This document shows positions 1 through 8,005 of a DNA stretch of 14,426 nt, piece by piece. Position 1 is the first letter of the stretch; the number at the start of each line of letters is the position of its first letter. Location: the IMG/VR virus record IMGVR_UViG_2850796239_000001; one strand, 5' to 3'. Below the pieces are notes generated by a model that made no database searches, was not told the DNA's origin, and worked only from the letters and a program-made list of their open reading frames with translations. The DNA comes from a virus. Lineage: Duplodnaviria; Heunggongvirae; Uroviricota; Caudoviricetes. The position numbers and the translations under genes are program-made.

Positions 1-240
1 TTATCCGTCCTGATTTTGCATCCACTCCACCACAAAATCAGCCAGCCCCCCAACATCATTAATATCCAGTAACGCGACATCAAGATTAAGTGACACATCA
101 CTGGCTACAGCAATAACATGTCTGTCTATCACTAATTCTTCCGGTCGATGTCCGGCTCCATCGCGAAACAGCACAATCTTTGCGATCTCTTCATGCTTAA
201 ACCCTTCGACCAGAATCAAATCCAGCTTTGAGGTATCCAT
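1..240 (-). CDS. mobB: MobB (molybdopterin-guanine dinucleotide biosynthesis adapter protein), C-terminal fragment; gene interrupted by prophage insertion
   Basis: Minus-strand ORF ending at TAA (rc of 1..3). Translation MDTSKLDLILVEGFKHEEIAKIVLFRDGAGHRPEELVIDRHVIAVASDV... matches the C-terminal part of enterobacterial MobB as I recall it. In-frame similarity continues upstream of the Met to ~264 (..DLHFLASR), then ends at stop codons (265..267, 271..273 on the minus frame). Confidence 0.8.
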   Translation of the reverse strand: MDTSKLDLILVEGFKHEEIAKIVLFRDGAGHRPEELVIDRHVIAVASDVSLNLDVALLDINDVGGLADFVVEWMQNQDG

Positions 241-282
241 TCGACTTGCGAGAAAATGTAGATCCTATGACTAGGTAATTTA

Positions 283-414
283 TTCAAGATAACCGGGAAG
301 AGATTAAAAAAGACGGGATTTGGTTGGATTCAATAACTTAGCTACTAGTTGTATTCAAGATAAAATGGGCAAGGGCCGTTTAGTTTGTTCAGAACAATAA
401 AACATTCAAGATAA
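283..414 (+). repeat. Three direct copies of TTCAAGATAA near the prophage left end; candidate transposase end-binding sites (attL L1-L3 analogues)
   Basis: Exact 10-mer at 283..292, 354..363 and 405..414 in AT-rich non-coding DNA between the prophage end and the repressor gene. A related GATTCAATAA lies at 327..336, and AACCGGGAAG at 291..300 resembles AACCGGGAGG in the Mu left end. Confidence 0.4.
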
Positions 415-508
415 AGCGTCTTGTTTATTTTGACCTTTTAAAGGCTTTTAAAACTAGCTTATCAGAAGTTGTAGAAATGGACCAAGTAAGTTAAGCACAG
501 CTAGCTGA

Positions 509-1015
509 TTATATGCTAACTGCCTTGTTGGTTAGTTGGATGAGATCGGCCTCAGCTTCATTTCCCGCCAAAATCTCTCTAACCTTTTGTTCTGACAGGT
601 TATTTAGGCTTAAAGCAGCTAATCTTCGAATACCCGTTAAACTAATCAACTCTTGGTTTTCTTGGCTGCAAAATTCGAGCAACTTTTCAACACCTTTTCG
701 TTTGAGCGTATGGATCACGATCTCTTTTTCTTGTTCGCTTAGAGAATCCATTATTTTCATTAACTCATTAGCTTTTGAGGCCTTGTTTGATGGTTTGGTT
801 GCTGTTTGCAACTGACCGCTAACAATTGCAGCGACGTGTTCAGGCAAGTCTTGCAATCGGTACGCAAAGGCCCTTCCTCTAACTCCGGGTGTTGTAACTG
901 AACGTTTTTCCCACCCCTCATTTCTTGCTCGCTTATGGAGTCCTGCAAGGGATGTGGGTAAACCGCCAACACCGAGGAGTTCACTAGCAGGCACCCATTC
1001 TTGATCTTGGATCAT
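509..1015 (-). CDS. Mu c-like repressor
   Basis: 168-aa ORF divergent from ner/A. Start ATG (rc of 1013..1015) is preceded by GGGAGG (rc of ~1022..1027). N-terminal motif WVPASELLGVGGLPTSLAGLHKRARNEGWEKR is shared with the transposase N-terminus (WVPMTELASFCGLPSSLAGLHKKAKKESWQTR), as in Mu where c and MuA share a DNA-binding domain. Confidence 0.75.
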   Translation of the reverse strand: MIQDQEWVPASELLGVGGLPTSLAGLHKRARNEGWEKRSVTTPGVRGRAFAYRLQDLPEHVAAIVSGQLQTATKPSNKASKANELMKIMDSLSEQEKEIVIHTLKRKGVEKLLEFCSQENQELISLTGIRRLAALSLNNLSEQKVREILAGNEAEADLIQLTNKAVSI

Positions 1016-1146
1016 ATCAACCTCCCAATGAAATTAACCAGTTGATATTTACTTAGTTAATATCTAATATTCCAACCACACACAGTTGAGTAACTCTCGT
1101 GAGTTACACGCATGAGTCATAGAGTTTGCCATAGAAAGCGCGTGGG
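1016..1146. promoter_or_regulatory. Divergent early promoter/operator region between repressor and ner
   Basis: Intergenic position matches the Mu operator region. Nested inverted repeats TTAAC(1034..1038)/GTTAA(1056..1060) and GATAT(1044..1048)/ATATC(1060..1064); dyad GTAACTC(1090..1096)-tcgt-GAGTTAC(1101..1107). No promoter assigned. Confidence 0.4.
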
Positions 1147-1401
1147 GTGTTAATCGTGATTTTAGGTGAGGATTGGGATTCCGCTGATATCAAGGCTGAG
1201 CTTGAGAAGCGTGGTACTAATTTGTCTCGCTTATCGAGAGAAAATAATTTAAGGCCAAGAACGTTAGGTAATACTTTGCGAGTCCCCTATTTAAAGGGAG
1301 AAGGGATTATTGCGCAAGCTATTGGAGTTCAACCAGAGGTTATTTGGCCAACCAGATATGAACGTCGCTCACGGAGGAAAAATGTGGGTTCCAATGACTG
1401 A
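1147..1401 (+). CDS. ner: Ner-like DNA-binding protein (Ner/Nlp family)
   Basis: Translation ..EDWDSADIKAELEKRGTNLSRLSRENNLRPRTLGNTLRVPYLKGEGIIAQAIGVQPEVIWPTRY.. aligns with Mu Ner (..RDWHRADVIAGLKKRKLSLSALSRQ..PKGEQIIANALETKPEVIWPSRY). Start is uncertain (GTG 1147 or GTG 1156). Stop TGA at 1399..1401 overlaps the transposase start. Confidence 0.85.
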   Translation: MLIVILGEDWDSADIKAELEKRGTNLSRLSRENNLRPRTLGNTLRVPYLKGEGIIAQAIGVQPEVIWPTRYERRSRRKNVGSND

Positions 1402-2056
1402 ATTAGCTTCATTTTGTGGATTACCTAGTTCACTTGCGGGTTTGCATAAGAAAGCTAAAAAAGAGTCATGGCAGACACGTCTTAAAGCTGGGGTTAAGGG
1501 ACGTGTTGTTGAGTGCGAAATAAACTCTTTACCTATTGTTATTCAAAAGGCACTGCGTGAACGCTATGTGGCACAGTTGGTGGCTACAGAGAACAATGTT
1601 TCTGAAGTGAAAGCTGTTACCAGAAAAACACGCAATCCTGATGCTGTCCAGGCAATCGAAGCATATCGCGGTTCGCCACAACTGATGGAAGAACGCCTGA
1701 ATGCGCTGACCGAAAACCAGCGTCGGGTATCTGAAGCAAGGGCTGCGCTGGTGGTGGAAGTGCTGAAGCTGGAAAGCGCCGGTAACCTCGGGCGACTGAA
1801 AGCCATTAACTTTCTTGTTGAAAAAGCCCGTAAAGGTGAGCTGCCGGAGCGCCTGCAACAGGCCGCAGTTAACGCCAATGCAAAACGTGGCGCTAATCGT
1901 ACTATCAGCCGCGATCCACTTTACCAGTGGGTTCTGAAATACAACCAGTCGCAGAACGCCGCCGAACGGCTGCTGTTACTGGCACCGGGAAAACGCGACG
2001 AAATAAAACCGGAAGAAATCAGCTGGCTGCCTGAATTTCTGGCGCAGTATCGCTAG
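1382..2056 (+). CDS. MuA-like transposase, N-terminal DNA-binding portion, ending at an in-frame TAG
   Basis: ATG at 1382 is preceded by GGAGG (1374..1378). The ORF-track start at 1310 overlaps ner and lacks an RBS. Ends at TAG 2054..2056, in the same frame as the next ORF. Confidence 0.8.
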   Translation: MWVPMTELASFCGLPSSLAGLHKKAKKESWQTRLKAGVKGRVVECEINSLPIVIQKALRERYVAQLVATENNVSEVKAVTRKTRNPDAVQAIEAYRGSPQLMEERLNALTENQRRVSEARAALVVEVLKLESAGNLGRLKAINFLVEKARKGELPERLQQAAVNANAKRGANRTISRDPLYQWVLKYNQSQNAAERLLLLAPGKRDEIKPEEISWLPEFLAQYR

Positions 2057-3466
2057 GTGAACGGCAGACCCATGTCAGAAGCCTACGAGGATTTTGTCGC
2101 AGAATGGCAGCGTCGCCATGCGGACGAACCGTACATGCTGGAGGTGATGCCTTCCTATGATGTTGTCCGGTATGCCATGAAAAAACTGCCGGAAGTGGTG
2201 AAACAAAAAGGGCGCGTTACCGGCAGTGAATACCGTCAGCTTGAAGGATTCACCCGCCGCGACTGGACAGCTATGCCGGTGAATTATGTCTGGATTGGTG
2301 ACGGTCACGGTATGAAGCTGAAATGTGCGCATCCGATCCACGGGCGTCCATTCTCACCGGAAGTCACGTTTGTGATCGATGGTGGAACACGGTTTGTTGT
2401 TGGCTGGAGTCTTGACCTTGCCGAAAACGTGTTCGCCGTTGCCGGTGCGATACAGCACGGCATTCGCAACCACGGAAAACCGTTCCTGTATTACTCGGAT
2501 AACGGTTCCGGTGAAACGGCTGACATGCTGGACAAAGAGGTCGTGGGTATTCTGCCACGCCTGGGGATTAAACACCCTACCGGTATTGCCGGTAATCCAC
2601 AGGGACGCGGCATTATTGAACGCCTGAACCGGACACTGCCGATGCGTATAGCCAGGAGGTATCGCACCTATTTTGGCAAGGGTGCTGACCGGGAATCGTT
2701 GCGTGTACTTAACCGTGATCTGCGTTCAGCGTTTAACTCCCTGCAACAGGACAAGCCTCTGAACGACCGCCAGAAAGCGGCAATGCGCGAGCTGCCATCG
2801 TGGGCGGAGCTTATTGAGGCTATTCGTGAAGGCGTGGAATGGTACAACAACCGCCCGCATTCTGAGCTGCCGATGAAACCGAACGGACGGCATTACAGCC
2901 CGGCAGAGTTCAGAAAAAAACGCCTGGCAGAAGAAGACACCGAAATTGAGTGGCTGAGTGATCTTGAGCTGCGCGACATGTTCCGCCCAATGGTGGAACG
3001 ACCGGTAAGACGCTGCGAAATTCAGTGGCTGAACAATATTTACTACGCGCCGGAGTTGCGTGACGAACACGGTCGCAAAGTGCTTATCAGTTATGACATT
3101 CATGACGCCGAGCGAATTACGGTACGTCGCAAGGACGGCAGCTTTATCTGTGAGGCGATATGGAACGGCAATAAACGCGCAGCCTTTGCTGTCAGTGCTG
3201 AATATCACAAACAACAGCAGCGTATTAAAGGAATGCGCAAACGCGCTGAGGAAAAAATTCGTGATGCTGAAGATGAAGGTATTCAGATTCTGGAACACAA
3301 ACAGGCTGAACCCTGGCTGAGTAATGTTTATCGCCCGGTTGGTAATGTGGTGGCAGTTCAGCAACCGGAATATGAAGAAGAGCATGACGAAGAATTTGAA
3401 CGCGATTTCCGGCTGGGGATGCAAAAACTTTTTGCCATGCAGGAAGAAGATGATCCGCTGGCCTGA
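2057..3466 (+). CDS. MuA-like transposase, DDE catalytic core and C-terminal portion
   Basis: Same frame as 1382..2056 (both coordinates are 2 mod 3), directly after the TAG. Contains DDE-type motifs VWIGDGHGMK, YYSDNGSGE and AGNPQGRGIIER typical of Mu/retroviral-integrase-fold transposases. Combined length is ~695 codons, close to MuA (663 aa). Confidence 0.85.
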   Translation: MNGRPMSEAYEDFVAEWQRRHADEPYMLEVMPSYDVVRYAMKKLPEVVKQKGRVTGSEYRQLEGFTRRDWTAMPVNYVWIGDGHGMKLKCAHPIHGRPFSPEVTFVIDGGTRFVVGWSLDLAENVFAVAGAIQHGIRNHGKPFLYYSDNGSGETADMLDKEVVGILPRLGIKHPTGIAGNPQGRGIIERLNRTLPMRIARRYRTYFGKGADRESLRVLNRDLRSAFNSLQQDKPLNDRQKAAMRELPSWAELIEAIREGVEWYNNRPHSELPMKPNGRHYSPAEFRKKRLAEEDTEIEWLSDLELRDMFRPMVERPVRRCEIQWLNNIYYAPELRDEHGRKVLISYDIHDAERITVRRKDGSFICEAIWNGNKRAAFAVSAEYHKQQQRIKGMRKRAEEKIRDAEDEGIQILEHKQAEPWLSNVYRPVGNVVAVQQPEYEEEHDEEFERDFRLGMQKLFAMQEEDDPLA

Positions 3467-3474
3467 ATAAAAAA

Positions 3475-3496
3475 ACAGTCCGCGGGAACGGACTGT
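3475..3496 (+). other. Stem-loop in the A-B intergenic region
   Basis: ACAGTCCG(3475..3482)-cgggaa-CGGACTGT(3489..3496), followed by TTAAATAAA rather than a U-run; not a canonical terminator. Confidence 0.25.
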
Positions 3497-3541
3497 TAAA
3501 TAAAGGAAACAAAGCTGATTTGAAATAACCGAGGAAATACT

Positions 3542-4108
3542 ATGACTGATATTGATGATGTTTTCAACACTATTAACGCTTTGATTAACGAGGGCGACAA
3601 GTCTCAGGAAGATATTGCTGATGAAGCCGGAATGTCTCCGGCAACACTCTCGGCTCTGCGTAAAGGAGAGTACAACGGTAATGTCGAAGGTATGCATGAC
3701 AAATTACAGAAATGGTATCAGGTCTGGCAGAAGGGACAGAACTTGTCAGGTACCCCTGGTGTTGTGAAGACCCAGACATTTTGTGATTTGCATGAGCTGT
3801 TTAAAACAGTGCGCTCACTCGGGATTATCAGTGTCGTTGTTGGCGTACCGGGTGTCGGAAAAACCTTTGCTGCCCGGGAATATTGTCGCAGGACAGCTAA
3901 TGCCTGGATGGTGACTCTTGCTCCGGCACATTCGAGCGTAACGGAATGCCTCCTTGAAATAGCATATGCGCTGGAAATTAATAATCCGGGAAGAAATAAG
4001 GGGAATGTAACCCGCGCCATTCGCAGAAAACTGGGTGGTGGTAAAGAAACCAGTGGCCGTGTTAACCCCCTTCTGATTATTGATGAAGCTGAGGTGTACT
4101 GGCAATAG
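3542..4108 (+). CDS. MuB-like transposition ATPase, truncated after the Walker B motif by IS insertion
   Basis: ATG 3542 with GAGGA (3531..3535). Walker A GVPGVGKT and Walker B LLIIDEA. Aligns with Mu B (..GNPGVGKTEAAREY.. LVIIDEAD..). The last codons (EVYWQ, stop) are encoded by the IS terminus starting at 4090. The ORF is 188 aa against ~312 aa for Mu B. Confidence 0.85.
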   Translation: MTDIDDVFNTINALINEGDKSQEDIADEAGMSPATLSALRKGEYNGNVEGMHDKLQKWYQVWQKGQNLSGTPGVVKTQTFCDLHELFKTVRSLGIISVVVGVPGVGKTFAAREYCRRTANAWMVTLAPAHSSVTECLLEIAYALEINNPGRNKGNVTRAIRRKLGGGKETSGRVNPLLIIDEAEVYWQ

Positions 4109-4132
4109 CGGACACTACCATTTGTTCTTTTT

Positions 4133-4819
4133 TTAAGCAGCCATCTGATGATATTTTTCCCTGAAGGCTGCCGGGGAGATATTCCCCAGACGAGAGTGAC
4201 GACGCTGACGATTGTAGAAAATCTCAATGTATTCCCGTATTACTGAGATGGCTTCATCCCGGTTATTAAAACGATAGTGGCTCAGGCTCTCATTTTTCAG
4301 CGTTCCCCAGAAGCTTTCCATCGGAGCGTTGTCGTAACAGTTACCTTTACGCGACATTGATGTTTTCAGACCAAACTGCTCCTGTATGACCCGGTAATCG
4401 TATGCGCAGTACTGTGAACCTCGATCAGAGTGGTGGATTAGCCCGGCAGGTGGGCGCTGGCTCCTGAGCGCCATAAACAGGGCTTTACCTGTCAGCTCTT
4501 TTGTCATGCGCTCTCCCATGGCGTAGCCGACAATTTCGCACGTATAAACATCTTTGATGCCAGCGAGGTACAACCATCCCTCCTGTGTGGCAACATACGT
4601 CAGGTCCGCCACCCAGACCTGATTTGGTGCTGTAGGAGCGAACGTCTGGTTCAGCAGATTTGGCGCAACTGGCAGATTGTGGTTCGGGTTCGTAGTCGCT
4701 CTGAACTTGCGTTTCTGCTTACAGCGTAGCCTTAGCTCCTTACGAAGACGTGCCAGTCGGTCACGACCAACGATGATGCCATTCTCTGCCAGCTCCGTCT
4801 GGAGCCGCCCGGGTTCCAT
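4133..4819 (-). CDS. IS3-family transposase OrfB, C-terminal catalytic part (frame-disrupted copy)
   Basis: 228-aa ORF containing the IS3-group DDE core (..WVADLTYV.., HHSDRGSQY, SMSRKGNCYDNAPMESFWGTLKNE). It is out of frame with the orfB N-terminal segment at 4761..4952. Confidence 0.85.
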   Translation of the reverse strand: MEPGRLQTELAENGIIVGRDRLARLRKELRLRCKQKRKFRATTNPNHNLPVAPNLLNQTFAPTAPNQVWVADLTYVATQEGWLYLAGIKDVYTCEIVGYAMGERMTKELTGKALFMALRSQRPPAGLIHHSDRGSQYCAYDYRVIQEQFGLKTSMSRKGNCYDNAPMESFWGTLKNESLSHYRFNNRDEAISVIREYIEIFYNRQRRHSRLGNISPAAFREKYHQMAA

Positions 4820-4952
4820 ATGTTTCGCGAGTGCGGATATGTGCCACCTTAATCTCCAGTTTTAGCCGCTCATCACTTTGTTTTCTGTCTGAGGGTTCAT
4901 GCTGTACCCAGTTGTAATAACCGCTCCTGGATACACCAAATACCTGACACAT
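4761..4952 (-). CDS. IS3-family OrfB N-terminal segment, separated from the rest of orfB by a frame change
   Basis: MCQVFGVSRSGYYNWVQHEPSDRKQSDERLKLEIKVAHIRTRETYGT then out-of-frame tail. It lies in the -1 frame relative to orfA, as expected for programmed frameshifting, but +1 relative to 4133..4819. Confidence 0.5.
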   Translation of the reverse strand: MCQVFGVSRSGYYNWVQHEPSDRKQSDERLKLEIKVAHIRTRETYGTRAAPDGAGREWHHRWS

Positions 4953-4987
4953 CGCTTCAATGGGAAATTGTTGTCGCCATTGTTCGA

Positions 4988-5250
4988 TTAACGCGTATTT
5001 TTCAGCGACTCCTGTGCAAAATACGCTGTTGCTTTTTTTAATATATCTCGCTCAAGGCGAGCTTCATTTAACGCCTTACGCAGTTGCAGAATTTCAGATT
5101 CCAGTTCAGCCACCGTGCGGGAACCAGGAGTACCGAGCCCTTTTCTGGCGGCGGTAACCCATTGTCCTAAAGTGCCTTCAGGAAGGGATAATCGGGAAGC
5201 GCCTTCACTGATCGAAAGTTGATTTTCAAGAACCGTTCTGACAGCTTCGG
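4988..5250 (-). pseudogene. IS3-family orfA, 3' portion; the 5' portion (codons 1-15) lies at 8006..8052 on the other side of the IS66-family insertion
   Basis: Manual minus-strand translation ..VRTVLENQLSISEGASRLSLPEGTLGQWVTAARKG..LERDILKKATAYFAQESLKNTR* continues the MSRKTQRYSKEFKAEA fragment. A-run slippery site (A7 at rc of ~5033..5039) lies near the orfA end. Confidence 0.75.
5243..5250. repeat. 8-bp target-site duplication (GCTTCGGC), left copy, flanking the IS66-family element
   Basis: Identical 8-mer at 5243..5250 and 8006..8013 immediately outside the element's terminal inverted repeats. Confidence 0.9.
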
Positions 5251-5283
5251 CGTAAGCGCCCCGAGAAGTACGTAGCGTAAGGA

Positions 5284-6885
5284 TTATTTTACAGACGAGA
5301 AGTTCCAGGGCAGCAGTTCATGCACTTGGTTCGACGGCCAGTCATTGAGCTTCTCGATCACTTCGCGCAACCAGTCCTCCGGCTCCACTTCGTTCTGTTT
5401 GCAGGTGACCAGCAGACTGTAGATGATCGCCGCACTTTCTCCTCCCTTGTCTGAGCCGAAAAAGAGATAATTTTTTCTTCCAACCGCCACCGATCGTAAC
5501 GCGTTTTCACCGATGTTGTTGTCTATTTCCACCCAGCCGTCACGACAGAACTCGTTCAGCGCATTCCAGTGATTCAGGATATAGTCGAACGCCTTCGCCA
5601 TCTCCGCATGTTTCGACAGCGTTTTCCTCTGCAATTGTATCCAGTCGTACAACGACTGCATCAACTGGACGCTTCTGGCTTTTCTGACTGCAAGCCGTTC
5701 CTCTGCCGGACTGCCACGTATCTCCGCTTCTATGTCGTATAACTCTGCTATCCGTCTGAGCGCTTCCTGAGTCATTTCTGTCGGACGGCGCACATCCTCG
5801 TCATGGATTTTTCGGCGGGCGTGGGCCAGGCACCCGGCTTCCTTCACCCGGCCCGTTTCGTACAGTACGTTATAACCTGCATAGGCATCAGCCTGCAGTA
5901 CGCCCTGATACTTTGCCAGGTGGAGCTGCGGATGTTCTCCTTTGCGATCTGCCGAATACGCGAACCAGACGGCTGCCGGCAGGGATGAACCCGCATTACG
6001 ATCATCCCTGACGTATACCCACAGACGACCCGTTTTCGTCTTTCCGTTCCCCGGGGCCAGTACTTTCACCGGAGTGTCATCTGCGTGCACCTTTCCTGCC
6101 TCCAGAACATAGTCATTCAGCGCTATATACAGAGGACGGAGTTTGTCTGCCATTTCTGATACCCAGCGCACCATGGTATTACGGCTCAGCTCCACGCCCT
6201 GTCGCGCGTATATTTCTGACTGGCGATATAAAGGGATATGTTCCATATATTTGCTGACCAGGATCCGTGCAAGTAACCCTGCACTGGCATAACCGCGTTC
6301 GATCGGTTTAGGGGGAAGTGGTGCCTGAACGATGACATCACACCGGCTACAGGCCAGTTTGGGACGTATGGTTTCGATAACTTTAAAGGCGGTATTAATG
6401 ATATCCAGTTGCTCTGAGATTGTTTCCCCCATTTCTTTCAGAACACCTCCACAGGCCGGGCAACTGGTTTCAGCAGGCAGAAGGCGATGTGTCTCCCGGG
6501 GAAGTTCTGCCGGCAGCGGTTTTCGTGAAGATTTTCGTCCCGGGGATTCAGGCTTACTGGCGATCGGGTTTTCTGACGGGGGACTGGTGTCAGGTGAATC
6601 TGTGACTGACGATGCATCTTCCAGAAGATTTCTGGCTGTGTTCAGCCGGTTTTCCAGTTCCGACAGTCGTTTTTCTGCCTGTCGGATCTGATTTTCAAGC
6701 TTATGACGCTTTTTCTCTGAACTCTGGCCGAACAACATACGACGCAACCTGTCGAGTTGCGCTTTCAGCCGTTCAATTTTCTGCTCATAGCCCGCGACCT
6801 GACAGGCATACTGTCGAAGCCGACTCTGTTGCTTACGCAACATGGCTTTAAGCAGCTCAATATCATCGGGGAGTTCATTGTTCAT
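5284..6885 (-). CDS. tnpC: IS66-family transposase TnpC
   Basis: 533-aa ORF with N-terminal coiled-coil/leucine-zipper-like region, a CxxC...CxxC zinc-finger region (SCPACGG ... CSRCD) and a large catalytic domain typical of IS66 Orf3. Confidence 0.9.
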   Translation of the reverse strand: MNNELPDDIELLKAMLRKQQSRLRQYACQVAGYEQKIERLKAQLDRLRRMLFGQSSEKKRHKLENQIRQAEKRLSELENRLNTARNLLEDASSVTDSPDTSPPSENPIASKPESPGRKSSRKPLPAELPRETHRLLPAETSCPACGGVLKEMGETISEQLDIINTAFKVIETIRPKLACSRCDVIVQAPLPPKPIERGYASAGLLARILVSKYMEHIPLYRQSEIYARQGVELSRNTMVRWVSEMADKLRPLYIALNDYVLEAGKVHADDTPVKVLAPGNGKTKTGRLWVYVRDDRNAGSSLPAAVWFAYSADRKGEHPQLHLAKYQGVLQADAYAGYNVLYETGRVKEAGCLAHARRKIHDEDVRRPTEMTQEALRRIAELYDIEAEIRGSPAEERLAVRKARSVQLMQSLYDWIQLQRKTLSKHAEMAKAFDYILNHWNALNEFCRDGWVEIDNNIGENALRSVAVGRKNYLFFGSDKGGESAAIIYSLLVTCKQNEVEPEDWLREVIEKLNDWPSNQVHELLPWNFSSVK

Positions 6886-6904
6886 TCCCTTGTTTTATCA
6901 CGGG

Positions 6905-7252
6905 TTATATCCGGATGCCAGGCCGTTCTGTCCGTTTGGGATGTTGCCACGCGATCCCCTCCAGTAGCATGGATAACTGAGCTGGCGTCAGGTGCACTTT
7001 CCCTTCCCGGGTCACCGGCCAGACGAAGCGGCCCCGTTCCAGGCGTTTGGCGAACAGGCATAACCCGTCACGATCGGCCCACAGTATTTTCACCATTTTG
7101 CCACTGCGGCCCCGGAAGACGAAGATATGCCCGGAGAACGGGTCATCTTTCAGCGTGTTCTGCACCTTCGAAGCCAGGCCATTGAAGCCACAACGCATAT
7201 CTGTGATGCCAGCGATGATCCAGATTTTGGTACCGGTCGGCAGCGTTATCAT
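6905..7252 (-). CDS. tnpB: IS66-family TnpB (Orf2)
   Basis: 115-aa ORF (MITLPTGTKIWIIAGITDMRCGFNGLA...) typical of IS66 Orf2; its start overlaps the tnpA stop as ATGA at 7249..7252. Confidence 0.9.
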   Translation of the reverse strand: MITLPTGTKIWIIAGITDMRCGFNGLASKVQNTLKDDPFSGHIFVFRGRSGKMVKILWADRDGLCLFAKRLERGRFVWPVTREGKVHLTPAQLSMLLEGIAWQHPKRTERPGIRI

Positions 7253-7923
7253 CGGATACCCCCTTTCATTTCGCGGATTAGCGCCCGTAACAGTTCCGGA
7301 GTGAGAGGGTCAAACAGTTTTACCACACCTGATTTAAGATGCAGCTCGCACCGTGGGACGTTTCCGGGAGCCCCCTCAGGGCGCTCATCATGCTTGTTAC
7401 GCCAGAAGGGATTTGTAACTGGTCTGGTCGGCTCCGGCGTATCAGTCAGTGCCACCGGGACAGGCATGCATTCCTGTATGTCATCATCGCTCAGTAAGCC
7501 GTCCTCGTACTGGCTTTTCCATTTAAACAGCAGGTTATTATTGATATCGTGTTCTCTGGCGATCCGGGCAACAACAGCCCCAGGCTGTAACGCCTGCTTA
7601 GCCAGACGGACCTTAAATTCACGGCTATAGCTGGTTCGCCGTTCTTTTCGCCATGAGCCTTCTCTGATTTGAGGCTCTGTTAATTCCTTCTTTCTGTTGG
7701 CATAAAGGATGGCGTCAAGTTGAGCGAATGAAACTGAATCGGGCAATGGCCATGCGATACCGGATGCAAGAAATCGCTGAAAAAGCGTATGTATTGTGGA
7801 ATGACTGAGACCCAGACGCTGAGCGATGGCCCGGATGGTCAGTTTATCTTCAAATCTTAAACGCAGGGCATCAGGCAAATAAGAACGGAAGCAGGGAATA
7901 TCTTTTGTTGTCTGGGAATTCAT
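7249..7923 (-). CDS. tnpA: IS66-family TnpA (Orf1) with N-terminal helix-turn-helix extension
   Basis: 224-aa ORF with HTH-like segment LTIRAIAQRLGLSHSTIHTLFQRF and the IS66 Orf1-like motif RRTSYSREFKVRLAKQALQPGAVVARIAREHDINNNLLFKWKSQY. Confidence 0.85.
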   Translation of the reverse strand: MNSQTTKDIPCFRSYLPDALRLRFEDKLTIRAIAQRLGLSHSTIHTLFQRFLASGIAWPLPDSVSFAQLDAILYANRKKELTEPQIREGSWRKERRTSYSREFKVRLAKQALQPGAVVARIAREHDINNNLLFKWKSQYEDGLLSDDDIQECMPVPVALTDTPEPTRPVTNPFWRNKHDERPEGAPGNVPRCELHLKSGVVKLFDPLTPELLRALIREMKGGIR

Positions 7924-8005
7924 CGTTCGTGTCCATCAATATAGATGGGCGCGATTGTTGCCAGACAGGACAATTTTCACAAGACGTCGCTGATGGGGCG
8001 CTTAC

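Larger units (their letters stand above)
5251..8005 (-). mobile_element. IS66-family insertion sequence (tnpA-tnpB-tnpC), inserted into orfA of the IS3-family element
   Basis: Terminal inverted repeats GTAAGCGCCCC at 5251..5261 and rc of 7995..8005; three-ORF organisation with ATGA overlap between tnpA and tnpB; 2755 bp; flanked by a perfect 8-bp direct repeat. Confidence 0.9.

Noticed and set aside
513-815. 100-aa plus-strand ORF
   Set aside because: Antisense to the repressor gene, which has a strong RBS and clear family similarity.
1310-1381. 5' extension of the transposase ORF to the track start at 1310
   Set aside because: It overlaps ner coding sequence and has no RBS; ATG 1382 has a GGAGG Shine-Dalgarno and begins at the conserved WVP motif.
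2726-3697. 323-aa minus-strand ORF
   Set aside because: Entirely antisense to the well-supported transposase catalytic domain; low-complexity, Phe/Leu/Ser-rich translation with no start context. It looks like an open frame created by chance on the opposite strand.
5803-7630. Several plus-strand ORFs (5803..5988, 6332..6691, 6420..6605, 6612..6851, 6757..7185, 7047..7304, 7127..7630)
   Set aside because: All lie antisense within the IS66-family tnpA/tnpB/tnpC genes and have junk-like translations.
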